DNA from: an uncultured Gammaproteobacteria bacterium
GTDB lineage: Bacteria > Pseudomonadota > Gammaproteobacteria > Steroidobacterales > Steroidobacteraceae
Reading direction: 5' to 3'
Assembly (NCBI GenBank): GCA_963784225.1
Contig: CAWAQN010000017.1
Span: forward strand, 151,272-215,271
Length of the DNA stretch: 64,000 bases
Shown here: in pieces, positions 10,589 to 23,010 of the stretch
Position numbering within the stretch: the first letter of the stretch is position 1
Layout: every line of letters begins with the position of its first letter
The notes under the pieces: generated by a model
What the model was told of the DNA's origin: nothing
Database searches by the model: none
What the model saw: the letters and a program-made list of their open reading frames with translations, nothing else
Translations under genes and position numbers: made by a program

Positions 10589-12801
10589 TCAGCGCTCTCG
10601 AACGCGAGCCGGATTCAGCCCGTGCACCCGGCGCGCTAGGACCGGGTGCTCGCCGGTGGCCTGCCGCAGCAGCAGTGTCGAGGAATCGCTGCGATGGTGA
10701 TCGGCGTCGCCGAACAGCCGGCCCTGGCCGAGCTGGCAGCCGCTGTGCAGCAGGAAATGCCGCTGCTCTTCGGTCTCGATGCCTTCGGCGATCACCTGCA
10801 GGCCGAGGCTGCGTCCCATCTCGATGATCGTGCGCACGATCGTCGCGTCGTCCGGGTCGGTCGCCGCGTTCGTCACGAACGAGCGGTCGATCTTGAGCGT
10901 GCTGATCGGAAACTGCTGCAGGGCGCTCAGGCTGGAATAGCCGGTGCCGAAATCGTCGATCGAGAGGTGCACGCCCATCGCGCGCAGCTCGTCGAGCAAG
11001 CGGCAGCGTGCGCTCGGCGTCGAGCATCAGGGTCGTCTCGGTGATCTCGAGCTCGACGCGCGACGCGCGACACGTTGTGCCGCTCGAACACCGAGCGGCA
11101 GCGCGGAATGAAACTCGCCTGGCTCAGCTCCTTGAGCGAGAGGTTGATCGCGATGCGGCCCGGGTCGGCGCACGCGCTGCTTCCACGCCGCGTAGTCGGT
11201 GCAGACCTGGTTCAGCACCCAGGCGCCGATGTCGAGGATCAGCCGCGATTCCTCGGCCAGCGGGATGAACTGCGACGGCGCGATCTCGCCGTGCCCCGGC
11301 AGGCGCCAGCGCAGCAGTGCCTCGGCGCCGACCACCTCGCCGCTCGCGAGATCGACCTTGGGCTGGTAGCGCACGACGAATTCATCGCGCTCGAGGGCGC
11401 GCCGCAGCTTGCTCTTCAGCAGCAGCCGCTCGACGGCGGCCGCATTCATTTCCGGCGCGTAGAAGACGTGGCAGTTCCGGCCCTGCGCGCTTGGCGTGAT
11501 ACATCGCGGCGTCGGCGTTGCGGATCAGGTCGATCACGTTGTCGGCGTGCTCGGGGACCAGCGCGATGCCGATGCTCGCCGTCACGTCGATCTCCTGGTC
11601 GCCCATGTGCATGGGCTTCGCGATTTCGGTCGAGCACCATGCCGCGCGAGGGCCGCGGCCTGGTCGTGCAGCGCGTCCAGGCTCGCCGTCGACGGCTTCG
11701 GCGAAAATCGCGAACTCGTCGCCGGCCAGTCGCCCGACGACGGATTCTTTCGGCAGCACGCGCGCGAGCCGTTCGCTGAGCGTTTCGAGCACGCGGTCGC
11801 CGGTCTCGTGCCCGAACGTGTCGTTCACTTCCTTGAAGTTGTCGACGTCGACGTACAGCAGCGCGAGGCCGCTGCCCTGGCGCTGTTGCGCGTGATCGCC
11901 TGGTGCAGCAGGTGCTGGAACTGCATGCGGTTCGGCATCTTGGTCAGCGTGTCGAAGCGCGCGAGGTAGCGGATGCGGCGCTCGGCGCGCTTGCGCTCGG
12001 TGATGTCGCGCAGCACGAGGATCGTGCCGCGGTTCGACGGCATCGGGGCTTTCGAGCGGCGACATGCTGACCGCACACCGGGATCGTCTGCCCGCGCTGC
12101 GTGCGCACGACGGTCTCGCCGACGCCCGCCTCGAGGCCACGCTCGTCGAACGCTTCGCGGTGCTCCGGCGCGATCAGTTCCGAGACGATCGTGCCCGGCA
12201 GTTCGGCGGCCGAATAGCCGAACAACTCCGACGCGGCGGCGTTCGCCGAGCGCACGCGGCCATTCGGCGACATCACGAGCACGGCATCGCTCATGCTGTT
12301 CAGCACGTCGTCGAGGTAGTCGCGCGAGATCGTCGTGGACGCGAGCGCCTGCCGCATGCTGTTCGAGCGAGCGCTCGATGGCGGCGACTTCGGGCACGCC
12401 GCTGACGGGACCGGCTCGGAGCGCACGCCCTGGCCGATCCGCTGCGCATTGGCCATCGGCCGCGGAGAGCGCCCGATCGATGCGCGAGATCAGGCTGCAG
12501 CGTGACCAGGCCGGCCACGAGCGTCAGGGCGAAGCCGAGGCCCGACGAATCAGCGATCAGACGCTGGATCAGCGTAGTTGGCCAGCAGCAGCTGCAGCTC
12601 GTCCCTGGCCGCGCGCGACGGCCGGCTGAACCGCCAGGGCCCGATCGCCTCGAGGTGTCGTCAATCGCGGCCAGGACGTGCCGGTCTTCCTGGTTCTCGA
12701 GCAGGAACGAACATGATCGCGGTCACGCGAGTGTCAGCACCGTACCTACCGCCAGCACGGTAAGTACGTAACGCTGTCTCAATCGCAATGCGACCACTCA
12801 T
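10589..12801 (-). pseudogene. Membrane HAMP-PAS-GGDEF-EAL signalling protein (c-di-GMP turnover); many frame changes
   Basis: EAL pieces 10589..10999 ([10 protein letters not shown]) and 11027..11449 (EALLRW). GGDEF piece 11382..12140 (VGRLAGDEFAIF, YVDVDNFKEVND). PAS in 11944..12456 (SMSDAVLVMSPNG). Confidence 0.8.
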
Positions 12802-12969
12802 CGCCCCTGCAGCCCGGGGTGACCCCGCGCCCCCTGTTTCTTTTTATGTGCGAGGCAACGATGCGCCCGGCATCATATCGTCGCGGTTCCCGGTACGCAC
12901 ATGTTAGAACGACCGCGCCAGGATTCCATGCAAAATTTTCCGACACTTCGCCCCCGAGGGCATTGGCGC

Positions 12970-13684
12970 ATGAATGAGCTCGAGCTGACCGGCCGCGCGC
13001 GCACCCACATCATCGACATCGAACAGCCGCGCTGCGCGCTGCACTACGAGGTCGTGGCCTCGTTCCTGTCCATGCGTGACGCGGCGCGTCCAGCGGCATC
13101 GACCTGCAGGCCGTCTCGAGCTTTCGGGATTTCGAGCGCCAGGTCGTGCTCTGGAACCGCAAATGGCGCGGCGAACGCACCGCTCTTCGATCGCGACGGC
13201 GCCGCGCTCGAACACGGCACGCTGTCCGAGCCGCAACTGGTCGACGCGATCCTCTGGCTGGTCGGCGATCCCGGGGGCAGCCGGCATCACTGGGGCACCG
13301 ACGTGGACGTGATCGATGCCGCCGCGATGCCGCCCGGGTTACCAGGTGCAGCTGCTGCCGGCGGAATACGCCGCGCGACGGCGTATTTGGGCGGCTGACG
13401 GCATGGCTCGACCGGAACATGCATCGGTTCGGTTTTTTCCGTCCGTACGGTTCGGACCGTGGCGGGGCGGGCATCGAGCCCTGGCACCTGAGCTATGCGC
13501 CGGTGGCGCACGAGGCCATGGAGGCGCTGTCGCTGGCCGTGCTGCGCCGCGGCCGTCGCGGCCAGCGACATGGACGGGCAAGCAAGCAGTGCTCGACCGG
13601 CTGCCCGAGATCTACACGCGGTTCATCCTGGCGATCGACCCGCCCGTTGCAGGTGCGCGTCCCGAAAAGCTCGCATTCGCTTGA
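12970..13684 (+). pseudogene. M15 family metallopeptidase (VanY / D-Ala-D-Ala carboxypeptidase-like); frame-broken
   Basis: MNELELTGRARTH.., SRHHWGTDVDV (12901.. frame), WLDRNMHRFGFFRPY..GIEPWHLSY (13146.. frame), and the C-terminus in 13316..13684. Confidence 0.65.
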
Positions 13685-13780
13685 CGAACCAGCGTGGAAA
13701 AACCACATGCCCACTTTGCTGGATAGCGGCGGGACAGTAAGGTAGCGGCAGTCGCTTGTCATGGCCCGCATCGTAGCGGC

Positions 13781-14178
13781 ATGTGCGAACTGGCGAAACG
13801 GACAGTTGCGGCCGGCTGCCTCGCGCCCGGAGGGTATCTGCGCAAGGTTCATACCGCCGAGTCGATCCTCGAAATCGCGCACCTGCGCAACGTGCTCGAA
13901 GCGGAGGGCATCGCCTGCGTGATCCGCAACGAGCGGCTCGGCGGGTGCACTCGGCGAGATTCCGTTCGTCGAGTGCTGGCCGGAGCTCTGGGTGGTCGAG
14001 AACGCTGTACGCTACTGAAGGCGCGCGGAGCTGATCGCGGCCGTGCCAGGGCGCCGGTCCGGCGCGTGGCCAGCGACTGGACCTGCGAACGCTGCGGCGA
14101 GTGTCGAGAGGCGCAGTTCGACGCCTGCTGGCGTTGCACGGCCGACGACCTGCGGGAGCTTGCTGCGAAGCACGATGA
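13781..14178 (+). pseudogene. DUF2007-family protein with C-terminal CxxC..CxxC zinc-ribbon; start and end uncertain
   Basis: LEIAHLRNVLEAEGIACVIRNERLGG continues as ..GEIPFVECWPELWVVEN in another frame, then returns to WTCERCGECREAQFDACWRC. Confidence 0.45.
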
Positions 14179-14896
14179 TGCGAACGATGAACAGCGCCAC
14201 CATCTGACCATCGCGCGCCGTTTCAACGGCCCGCCCGATTCTGGCAACGGCGGCTACTCGTGCGGGGCGTTTGCGGTGGCCACGCGGCGATGACCTGCGC
14301 GTGCGCCTGCTCGCGCCGCCGCCGCTCGACGTGCCACTGGCGGTCGAGCGGGCGCAGGCCGATGGCACGTAGCTGGTCTGCGCGACGGGGAGCGCGTCGG
14401 TCGCGTCGGCGGTGCCGGCGAAACTGGAACTCGAAGTGCCCGGCGCGCCGCCGTACGTGCAGGCCGTGTGGGCGTCGCAGCACTACGCCGGGTTCAAGGA
14501 GCACACGTTTCCCGATTGCTTCGTCTGCGGCCCGCACCGGCGGCGCGGCGACGGCCTGCGGATTTTCCCGGGCGCTGCTCGACTCGGACATCGTCGCGGC
14601 GCCGTGGTTGCCCGCGGACGATCTCGACGGCGGCGACGGCAAGGTCGCCGTCGAATTCCATTGGGCCGCGCTCGATTGCCCCGGTTATTTCGCGCTCGGC
14701 ACGCCGCGCATGATGCTGCTGGGCGAGATGCAGGCGCACGTCGATCGCCGCGTGCACGTCGGGGAATCCTGCACCGTGATCGGCTGGAAGATCGGCTCCG
14801 AGCGGCGCAAGCACTTACTCCGGCACGGCAATCTTCGACCAGGACGGCGAGCTCTGCGCGCGGGCCCGCCTGACCTGGGTGGACGTGGGCGGCTAG
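14175..14896 (+). pseudogene. Hotdog-fold (PaaI-like) thioesterase family protein; frame-broken
   Basis: RRFNGPPDSGNGGYSCGAF (frame 13781), [22 protein letters not shown] (14412 frame) and [25 protein letters not shown] (14260 frame). Ends TAG at 14894-14896. Confidence 0.55.
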
Positions 14897-16537
14897 CGCC
14901 GCGCCAGGAGCACGGTCAGCAGCCCGGCACCGATCAGCACCGCGCCGGGCATCCAGTCGGCACGCAGCGCCAGCCAGACGATGCCCGCCGAGCAGCACGG
15001 CGGCCCCGACGATCGTCTGGTCGCGACGCCGCGCGCTCGGCGTGCATCTCACGGCGCAGGTCCTCGAACGGCGTCTCGTCGATGCGGATGCGCAGCGTGC
15101 CTTCCGACGCCTTCTGCACGAGCTGCTGCAGCACCTGCGGCAGCATGCGGATCGCTTCGTTGAGGTCGGGCAGCTGCCGGCGCAGTTGCTGCGGCGAAGC
15201 GTGCGGCCGCTGAGGCGTTCGGCGGCCCACTCGCGCATGATCGGTTGCGCGGTCTTCCACAGGTCGAGCTGCGGGTAGAGCTGCCGGCCCAGCCCCTCGA
15301 TCTGCAGCAGCGTCTTCTGCAGCAGCAGCAGCTGCGGCTGGACCTTCATGTCGAAGCGGCGCGCCGTCTCGAACAGCCGCATCAGCACCTGCGCGAACGA
15401 GATCTCGGCGAGCGGCTTGTTGAAGATCGGCTCGCAGACCGTGCGTACTCGCGGCCTCCAGTTCGTCGACGCGTGTGTCGGCCGGCACCCAGCCCGAATC
15501 GACGTGCAGCCGCGCGACGCGGTTGTAGTCGCCTTCGAAGAACGCGATGAAGTTTTCGGCCAGGTAGTGCTGGTCGCGCGCATCGAGCGAGCCGACGATG
15601 CCGAAATCGACGGCGGCGTAGCGCGGGCGCTCCGGGTCGTCGACCTGCACGAAGATGTTGCCGGGATGCATGTCGGCATGAAAGAAGTTGTGCCGGAAAA
15701 CCTGCGTGAAGAAGATCTGCGACGCCGTTTTCGGCCAGCACGCTGGATGTTCGTGCCGCGCGCCACGCAGCTCGTCCATGTCGCTGACGAGCACGCCGTG
15801 GATGCGCTCCATGACCATCACGTCCGGCCGGCAGTAGTCCCAGTGGATCTGCGGCACGTACAGCAGGTCGGAGCCCGCGAAATTGCGCCGCAGCTGTGCG
15901 GCGTTGGCGGCTTCGCGCATGAGGTCGAGTTCGTCGATGATGGTCTTTTCGTACTCGGCGACAACCTCGGTGGGACGCAAGCGATAGCCTTCCCTGGAGT
16001 AATCGTGCGCGAGGCGCGCCAGCACGTGCATGACTTCGAGGTCACGCTCGATCTTCGCGCGCACGCCGGGCCGCACGACCTTGATGACGACTTCCTCGCC
16101 ACTGCGCAGCTTTGCCGTGTGCACCTGCGCGATGGAGGCGGCCGCGAGCGGTGTCTCGTCGAAGCGTTCGAACACCTCGGTGACACGGCTGGCCGTAGGC
16201 AGTCTCGACGATCGCGCGCGCTTCGGCGCCGGGGAAGGGCGGCACGCGATCCTGCAGCTTGGCGAGTTCATCGGCGATGTCGGCGCGGCAGCAGGTCGCG
16301 CCGGGTCGACAGCGCCTGGCCGAACTTCACGAAGATCGGGCCAAGTTCTTCCAGCGCCAGCCGGATGCGCTCGCCGCGCGGCCCGCCTTTCTTGCGCTCG
16401 AACCACGTCGCCGGCGACAGGTAGAACGCGTATCGCAGCGGCCGGAACAGGTGCGTCGCCAGGATGATTTCGTCGAGCCCATGCCGCACGAGCACGCGCT
16501 GGATGTCGAGCAGCCGCGTGGCGACGCGGAGGCGCAT
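14893..16537 (-). pseudogene. ubiB: Ubiquinone biosynthesis regulatory protein kinase UbiB (ABC1 family); several frame changes
   Basis: [37 protein letters not shown] (16268..17371 frame). Kinase core in 14934..16799 ([21 protein letters not shown]). C-terminal TM segment in other frames. Confidence 0.85.
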
Positions 16538-16566
16538 CACGGGATGCACCGTGCGGCGGTGAGCGC

Positions 16567-17192
16567 TCAGCTCGCACGGTCGCCGCGCCTCGAGCCGGCG
16601 CGAGTCGCGCTTCGGCACGGTCGGCGGCCTCGCGCAGGTGGTCGACGGCTTCGAGGAATTCCTCGAGCTCGACGCGGCGTCGGCACGTCGCGGCCTTCTT
16701 CCTGCAGGTATTCGGCCACGTTGGTCGAGAGCGAGTTCGCCGCCTTGCGACCCCAGTCGAGGAAACCGCGCGCAAAGTTGGCCATCTGGTGCGCGGCAAC
16801 GTCGCCGAACACGCGCGGCCAGTTCTTCCTCGAAGTCCGGCTGCGCCTGGCGCAGCAGGTCACGGAACCGCTGCGCCACCTCGGCATCGCCCGCGATGCG
16901 GATCGCCGAGCCGCGCAACCGGTCTTCGGCGCCAGGGCCTGCAAGCGACAGCAGCGCGAGCGGCGTGCCCGTGAGCGTCGCATCCGCTGCGCGCCGCATG
17001 CTCGGTCTCGATGCGGATGCGTCCGTCGCTGACCATGAAGTAGAACGATGGCCGTGCCCTCGAGCGCGCAGCGCGAGCGCGCGGCCTTCGAGCTGCGCGG
17101 CAAGCGCCTGCGCCCGGCTCGATTGCGCGATGTTGCGATTCAGCGTGGTCGCGACCCTGGCCGAGCATGCGCCTGCAGACGGGTTCGCGCTC
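16567..17192 (-). pseudogene. ubiJ: Ubiquinone biosynthesis accessory factor UbiJ (SCP2 domain); frame-broken, ends approximate
   Basis: Sits between ubiE and ubiB. Carries ..TLNRNIAQSSRAQALAAQLEGRALALR.., ..DATLTGTPLALLSLA.., ..[17 protein letters not shown].. and a C-terminal coiled segment, spread over at least 3 frames. Confidence 0.55.
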
Positions 17193-17977
17193 AATATCGA
17201 AATCCCTTGTGCAGCGCGACGATGCCGCCGCTGAGGTTGTGATGACGGCAGTCCTCGAAGCCGGCATCGCGCATCATGCCGAGCAGGGTCTCCTGGTCGG
17301 GAAAGCGGCGGATCGACTCGGCCAGGTAACGGTAGCTGGCCGGATCGTCGGCGATGCGCGCGCCGAGCCACGGCAGCACGCTGAACGAATACATGTCGTA
17401 GACGGGCTTCAGTCCCGGCGCCGTCGGCTTCGAAAACTCGAGGATCAGCAGGCGGCCGCCCGGCTTCAGCACGCGGTGCATCGATGCGAGCGCGGCGGCT
17501 TGTCCGTCACGTTGCGCAGGCCGAAAGCGATCGTCACGCAATCGAACGATTCGTCCGCAAACGGCAGGCATTCGGCATCGGCGAGGGCAAAGCGCACGTT
17601 GCGCAGCAGGCCGCTGGTCGAGCAGCCGGTCGCGACCGACATCGAGCATCGCCTCGTTGATGTCGGAGAGCACGACGAGCCCGGCTTCCTGCACCTGCCG
17701 CGCCATGCCCGCCGCGATGTCGCCCGTGCCCCCGGCGACGTCGAGCGCCCGCTGCCCCGGGCGCAGGCCCGGTCTGCCCGAGCGTGTAACGCTTCCAGAG
17801 CCGGTGCACGCCCGCCGACATCAGGTCGTTCATGACGTCGTACTTGTCGGCGACCGAATCGAACACCGCGCGCACGCGGCGCGCCTTTTCGGCCGACGGC
17901 ACTTCGGTGTAGCCAAAGTCGACCGAGGCGGGCGCCGCGGCCGGCGTGGGCGATTTCGGAGGGGCAGGCTCGCTCAT
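17191..17977 (-). pseudogene. ubiE: Bifunctional demethylmenaquinone/ubiquinone methyltransferase UbiE; frame-broken
   Basis: [25 protein letters not shown] (17534..18040), SAM-binding region and [20 protein letters not shown] (17466..17990), KPGGRLLILEFSKP..GIVALHKGFRY (17191..17706). Confidence 0.85.
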
Positions 17978-18080
17978 GGGAACGCGCCATTCTACCCGGG
18001 TCGGGCGATCGGACGCTGCGCGTTCGGCCCGGCCGCGCATCGGACGCGCGGGCAGCTGGACCGCGTGCCGTCAGGCCTTT

Positions 18081-18471
18081 TTATGGCGTGATGGCGGTGG
18101 GGTAGGCGATGCCGAGTTGGGCGAGGCGGTCGAGATAATGCTGCCACTTTTCGGCCTGCGTGGTGCCGAGTTCGTACAGGTAGGCCCAGGTGTAGAGGCC
18201 CGGAATCGTGGCCGTCGTCGAACACCAGCTCGCACCGCGTAGTTGCCGACCGGATCGACCGAACGGATACCCACCGCGTGCTTGCCCAGCTGCAGCGTTT
18301 CCTGGCCCGGGGCCGTGACCGCGCACTTCGGCCGACGGTGAATAGACGCGCAGGTATTCGAACGGCAGTTCGAAGCGCTGCCGTCGTCGAACGTGACCTC
18401 GAGCAGCCGCGACTGCTTGCGCAGCTTGATCTCGGTGGGTGTGCGCGCGGCGCTGTCGCGTGTGCCCGGCA
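18081..18471 (-). pseudogene. DUF971 family protein (gamma-butyrobetaine hydroxylase-like N-terminal domain); frame-broken
   Basis: ATG at 18471 overlaps the hslU stop (TGATG). [16 protein letters not shown].. continues in other frames to ..[23 protein letters not shown] (18081..18326). Confidence 0.6.
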
Positions 18472-19835
18472 TCACAGGATGTACCTCGCGAGGTCCTCGT
18501 CCCGCGCCAGCTCGCCGAGACTCGCGTCGACGTAAGCCTGGTCGATCGTCAGTCGACGTACCCGAGCGATCCGAGGCCTCGAAGCTGATCGTCTCGAGCA
18601 GGCGTTCCATCACCGTGTGCAGGCGGCGGGCGCCAATGTTCTCGGTGCGCTGGTTGACGTCGAAGGCGACCTCCGCGATGCGACGCACGCCGCTCGCCTG
18701 GAACGAGAGCTGCACGCCCTCGGTCGCCACGAGCGCCGCGTACTGCGTGCAGAGCGACGCGTCGGGCTCGGTCAGGATGCGCACGAAGTCCTCGACCTTG
18801 AGTGCCTCGAGCTCGACGCGAATCGGCAGGCGGCCCTGCAACTCGGGGATCAGGTCGGACGGCTTCGACATGTGGAACGCGCCGGACGCGATGAAGAGGA
18901 TGTGATCCGTCTTGACCATGCCGTACTTGGTGTTGACGGTGCTGCCCTCGACCAGCGGCAGCAGGTCGCGCTGTACGCCCTCGCGCGAGACGTCCGCGCC
19001 CTGCACATCCTGGCGGCGCGCGATCTTGTCGATCTCGTCGAGGAACACGATGCCATTCTGCTCGGCATTGCGCAGCGCCTGCACCTTCAGCTCCTCTTCG
19101 TTGATGAGCTTCGCCGCTTCCTCCTCGGTCAGCAGCTTGAACGCTTCGCTGACCTTCATGCGGCGCGACGCGTGCGATTGCCGCCAAGGTTCGAAAACAT
19201 GCCCTGCAGCTGCTGCGTCAGTTCCTCCATGCCGGGCGGCGCCATGATCTCGACGCCGGCCGGCATGGCGCGCACCTCGATTTCGAGTTCACGGTCGTCG
19301 AGCTGTCCCTCGCGCAGCATCTTGCGAAAGCGCTGGCGGGTTTCGTTGTCCTTGGCCGCGGGCGGTGTCGACGTCGGCCGGCATGCCGAACCCGATCGAA
19401 CCAGCTCGCTGCGCCGCGCGGCTGCGGCAGCAACTCGTCGAGCAACCGCTCCTCCGCGGCATCCATCGCACGATGCCGCACCTTCTCCATGGCCTGCTCG
19501 CGCGTCATCTTGACGGCGATGTCGACCAGGTCCTTGATGATCGAATCGACCTCGCGCCCGACATAGCCGACTTCCGTGAACTTGGTCGCCTCGACTTTCA
19601 CGAACGGGGCATTTGCGAGCCGCGCGAGGCGACGTGCGATCTCGGTCTTGCCGACACCCGTCGGCCCGATCATCAGGATGTTCTTCGGCGTGATCTCGGC
19701 GCGCAGCGGCTCCTCGACCTGCATGCGGCGCCAGCGATTGCGCAGCGCAATGGCCACGGCGCGCTTGGCGGCGCCCTGGCCGACGATGTGCTTGTCCAGC
19801 TCCTGGACGATTTCGCGAGGGGTCATCGAGGACAT
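18471..19835 (-). pseudogene. hslU: ATP-dependent protease ATPase subunit HslU; at least 4 frame changes
   Basis: [39 protein letters not shown] (19218..19844). [38 protein letters not shown] (18071..19159). Middle and C-terminal parts in other frames. Confidence 0.9.
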
Positions 19836-19836
19836 G

Positions 19837-20406
19837 TCAGGCATCCTTGCCGGCGGTGGTTGCGCCGAGGGTCTCGATGGTCAGGTTGCGGTTGGTGTAA
19901 ATGCAGATGTCCGCCGCGATGCCGAGCGCCTTCTCGACGATCGCTCGTGAATCGAGCGTCGAGTTCTGCAGCAGCGCAAGTGCAGCGGCCTGCGCGAACG
20001 GGCCGCCGGAACCGACGGCCATCAGTTCGTGCTCCGGCTCGATCACGTCGCCGTTGCCCGAGATCACGAACGAATGCGACACGTCGGCCACACACAGCAG
20101 CGCCTCGAGTCTGCGCAGGCTGCGATCGGTGCGCCAGTCCTTGGCGAGCTCGATCGCCGCCCGAGTCAGGTTGCCGAACTGCTGCAGCTTCGACTCGAAG
20201 CGTTCGAACAGCGTGAACGCATCGGCAGTGCCGCCGGCAAAACCTGCGATCACGCTGCCGTCGTGCAGGCGGCGCACCTTGCGTGCGTTGCTCTTCATGA
20301 CGGTTTTGTCGAGCGTCACCTGGCCGTCGCCGCCCATGGTGACGAGTCCGTCGCGGCGCACGCAGAGAATCGTAGTGCCGTGGGGATTGAAAGTGGCGGA
20401 AGTCAT
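19837..20406 (-). CDS. hslV: ATP-dependent protease subunit HslV
   Basis: Internal ATG of ORF 19837..20721. [35 protein letters not shown]. Intact and directly upstream of hslU. Confidence 0.9.
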   Translation of the reverse strand: MTSATFNPHGTTILCVRRDGLVTMGGDGQVTLDKTVMKSNARKVRRLHDGSVIAGFAGGTADAFTLFERFESKLQQFGNLTRAAIELAKDWRTDRSLRRLEALLCVADVSHSFVISGNGDVIEPEHELMAVGSGGPFAQAAALALLQNSTLDSRAIVEKALGIAADICIYTNRNLTIETLGATTAGKDA

Positions 20407-20452
20407 GCGAGGGGCTCCGGGCAGCGGCAGCGCGGGAGGCCGCGGCCTGCGG

Positions 20453-21418
20453 TCAGGCGCGCTTGATTCGCGCCCGCGGGTGCGCTGCGTCGTAGATGCG
20501 GGCCAGGTGCTGGAAATCAAGATGCGTATACACCTGCGTCGTGCTGATGTTCGCGTGGCCGAGCAGTTCCTGCACGGCCCGCAAGTCCTGTGACGATTCG
20601 AGCAGGTGCGATGCGAAGGAGTGCCGGAACATGTGCGGGTGTACGTGCTCGGGCAAGCCCTGCAGCCGAGCCCATTGCGCGATGCGTCGTTGCACGATGC
20701 GCGGACCGAGCCTGCGGCCATTGATACCGACGAAAAAAGCGGTTTCGCCGACGGCAGCCAGGACGGCGCGCTCGGCCAGCCATCGCTGCATCGCGTTCAA
20801 GGCCTGCTTGCCGACCGGCACGATGCGCGTCTTGCGGCCTTTGCCGAGCACGCGCACCGTACGGTCGCGCTGGTCGACGTCCGCCATATCGAGGCCGATC
20901 AATTCGGCGAGGCGCAGGCCCGACGAATAGAACAGTTCCATGATCGCCTTGTCGCGAACTCCCAGTCGAGTGTCGCTGCGAAACGCGAGCAGGCGCGCCA
21001 TCGTGTCGGCATCGAGCGTGGTCGGCAGCCGTTTGCGCGCCTTGGGCGCCTGCACGTCGGCGGCCGGGTCGCGTTGCATTTCGCCGCTGCTCAACAGGAA
21101 GCGGAACAGGCCGCGGCAGGCCGAAAGCCGCCGCTGGATGCTGCGCGGCGCCAGTCCCCGGCGGTGCTCGCGTGCCGCAAACATGCGCAGGTGCTGCGTG
21201 TCGAGCTCATTCCAGCCGGCAATACCCTGCGTGCCGCAGTAGTCGACCAGCGACGCGAGATCGCGCGCGTAATTGCTGGCCGTGTGTGGTGAAAGCTGGC
21301 GTTCGAAGCGCAGGCTCGCGAGGTATCGACTCACGCCGGGCTGCAACGGCGATTCGTCCTCGCCCGCAGGCCGCGCCGCCGCGCCAGGGCCGCTTTGCAG
21401 CGGCACCCGACGGGTCAT
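20453..21418 (-). CDS. xerC: Site-specific tyrosine recombinase XerC
   Basis: Intact 321-aa ORF with catalytic-region motifs ..[12 protein letters not shown].., ..[15 protein letters not shown]... Housekeeping context dapF-DUF484-xerC. Confidence 0.85.
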   Translation of the reverse strand: MTRRVPLQSGPGAAARPAGEDESPLQPGVSRYLASLRFERQLSPHTASNYARDLASLVDYCGTQGIAGWNELDTQHLRMFAAREHRRGLAPRSIQRRLSACRGLFRFLLSSGEMQRDPAADVQAPKARKRLPTTLDADTMARLLAFRSDTRLGVRDKAIMELFYSSGLRLAELIGLDMADVDQRDRTVRVLGKGRKTRIVPVGKQALNAMQRWLAERAVLAAVGETAFFVGINGRRLGPRIVQRRIAQWARLQGLPEHVHPHMFRHSFASHLLESSQDLRAVQELLGHANISTTQVYTHLDFQHLARIYDAAHPRARIKRA

Positions 21419-22125
21419 GCCGGCCGCGCCGTCACCGCCTCGGTCACGAGTTCGCCGATGCGCACCAGGAAGTCGGTGCTCATGGTCGGCAGGAAACGCT
21501 CGGTATCGTTGCTCGCGATCGCCAGCAGGCCGAGCGTTGCCTTGTCGCCGAGCGGTATCAGCACCGTCGAACCGACCTGGCTGCCGTCGCCGCCGAACAG
21601 GTAGTCACGCTGCGTGTCGCGGATCTGGCCGCTGCGCGGCCGGGCCGACTCGAAGAACGACTCGAATATCCGCAACTCGGCGCTGCCGCGTGGCACGACG
21701 CGCACGTGAGCGTTGTGCAGGTCCGCCAGCATCGCAACCGCCGGATCCACGGCCAGCAGCACCCAGCGCGACGCGCCGAAATCTTCCCGCAACGACGTCT
21801 CGAGTGCCGCAATGCACCCCGCCGCGTCGCGCGCCCGCAGCAGGCGCCGCGTCAGGCGATGCACGCGGTCGGCGATGGCGTCGTTGGCACGACCGTATTC
21901 GATCAGCTCCAGCAGCTTCTTTTCCAGATTGCCGTGTTTTTCGCGAAGCACCAGCACCTGCCGTTCGACGAGTGACACTGCAGCGCTGCCACGTTGATGC
22001 GGCAACTGCAGGCGAGCCAGCACGCTGCCGTGCCGCTCGAAGAACTCCGGGTGCGCGACGAGAAATTCGGCGACCTGCTCTTCGGCCGGCAGGGTTGCCT
22101 CGACGCCGCGTATGGGTTTGTTCAT
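21415..22125 (-). CDS. DUF484 family protein
   Basis: Intact 236-aa ORF carrying VAEFLVAHPEFFERH. Conserved position between dapF and xerC, with 4-nt overlaps on both sides. Confidence 0.75.
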   Translation of the reverse strand: MNKPIRGVEATLPAEEQVAEFLVAHPEFFERHGSVLARLQLPHQRGSAAVSLVERQVLVLREKHGNLEKKLLELIEYGRANDAIADRVHRLTRRLLRARDAAGCIAALETSLREDFGASRWVLLAVDPAVAMLADLHNAHVRVVPRGSAELRIFESFFESARPRSGQIRDTQRDYLFGGDGSQVGSTVLIPLGDKATLGLLAIASNDTERFLPTMSTDFLVRIGELVTEAVTARPA

Positions 22126-22985
22126 TTACCTGACTCCGGCGACTCGGCGCCGTCAATGTCCACATGGCCTTCAAATGCTGTTTCCGCCGGCCCGGTCAGC
22201 CAGACCTGCTCGCCCGGCCCGGGCCACCGCACGAACATGCGCCCGCCCGGAGCGTCCACCATCACCTCGCCAGCGAGCGTTCTATCCTGCCGGCCCACGG
22301 CGACCGCTGCACAAGCCCCCGTGCCACAGGCCAGGGTCTCGCCGACGCCGCGTTCGAAAACCCGCAGCCGCACGTGGTCGGGCGCGACGATCTCGAGGAA
22401 GCCGACGTTCACACGGCGCGGAAACGCCGCGTGATTCTCCATGGCGGGTCCTACGGTGTCCACGGGAGCGTCGTCGACACTGCCAACGCGGATTACGGCG
22501 TGCGGATTGCCGATCGACACCGCAGCGAATTCGACCGGCCCCGCCCTGGTATCGAGTCGATAGAGTGCTCGCCGGGCCGGCGCCGCGAATGGCAGCGTGG
22601 CCGGCTCGAAATCCGGGATGCCCATTGCGACCGAGACGAGTCCGTCGTCACGCAGCAGCGCATTGACGAGGCCACCGGGGCTGTCCATGACCAAGGGCTG
22701 GTCGTGTGCTGCGCGCCGGCGTTCGGCGACGAACCGCGCGATGCAGCGCGCGCCGTTGCCACACTGTTCGACCTCCGAGCCATCGGCGTTGAAGATCCGG
22801 TAGAAGACGTCGGTGCCGGGACGCCGTGGCGGCTCGAGCACCAGGGCCTGGTCGAAACCGATGCCCTTGCGGCGATCGCCGAGCCGGCGCAAGGCGCCTG
22901 GCGACACCATGGCTGCAGGCCCGGCGGACTCGAAGACGATGAAATCGTTACCGAGGCCGTGCATCTTGGTGAAGGCGAGCTGCAT
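22122..22985 (-). CDS. dapF: Diaminopimelate epimerase
   Basis: Intact 287-aa ORF with FTKMHGLGNDF and catalytic Cys motifs CGNGARC and ACGTGACA. Confidence 0.9.
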   Translation of the reverse strand: MQLAFTKMHGLGNDFIVFESAGPAAMVSPGALRRLGDRRKGIGFDQALVLEPPRRPGTDVFYRIFNADGSEVEQCGNGARCIARFVAERRRAAHDQPLVMDSPGGLVNALLRDDGLVSVAMGIPDFEPATLPFAAPARRALYRLDTRAGPVEFAAVSIGNPHAVIRVGSVDDAPVDTVGPAMENHAAFPRRVNVGFLEIVAPDHVRLRVFERGVGETLACGTGACAAVAVGRQDRTLAGEVMVDAPGGRMFVRWPGPGEQVWLTGPAETAFEGHVDIDGAESPESGK

Positions 22986-23010
22986 CCGCCAAGGATACCC
23001 GACTGCGTCG

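Noticed and set aside
20453-21418. Tyrosine recombinase as a possible integrase marking a mobile element
   Set aside because: It sits in the conserved housekeeping array dapF-DUF484-xerC-hslVU with overlapping stop and start codons. There are no flanking repeats, tRNA target or cargo genes, so it is chromosomal XerC.
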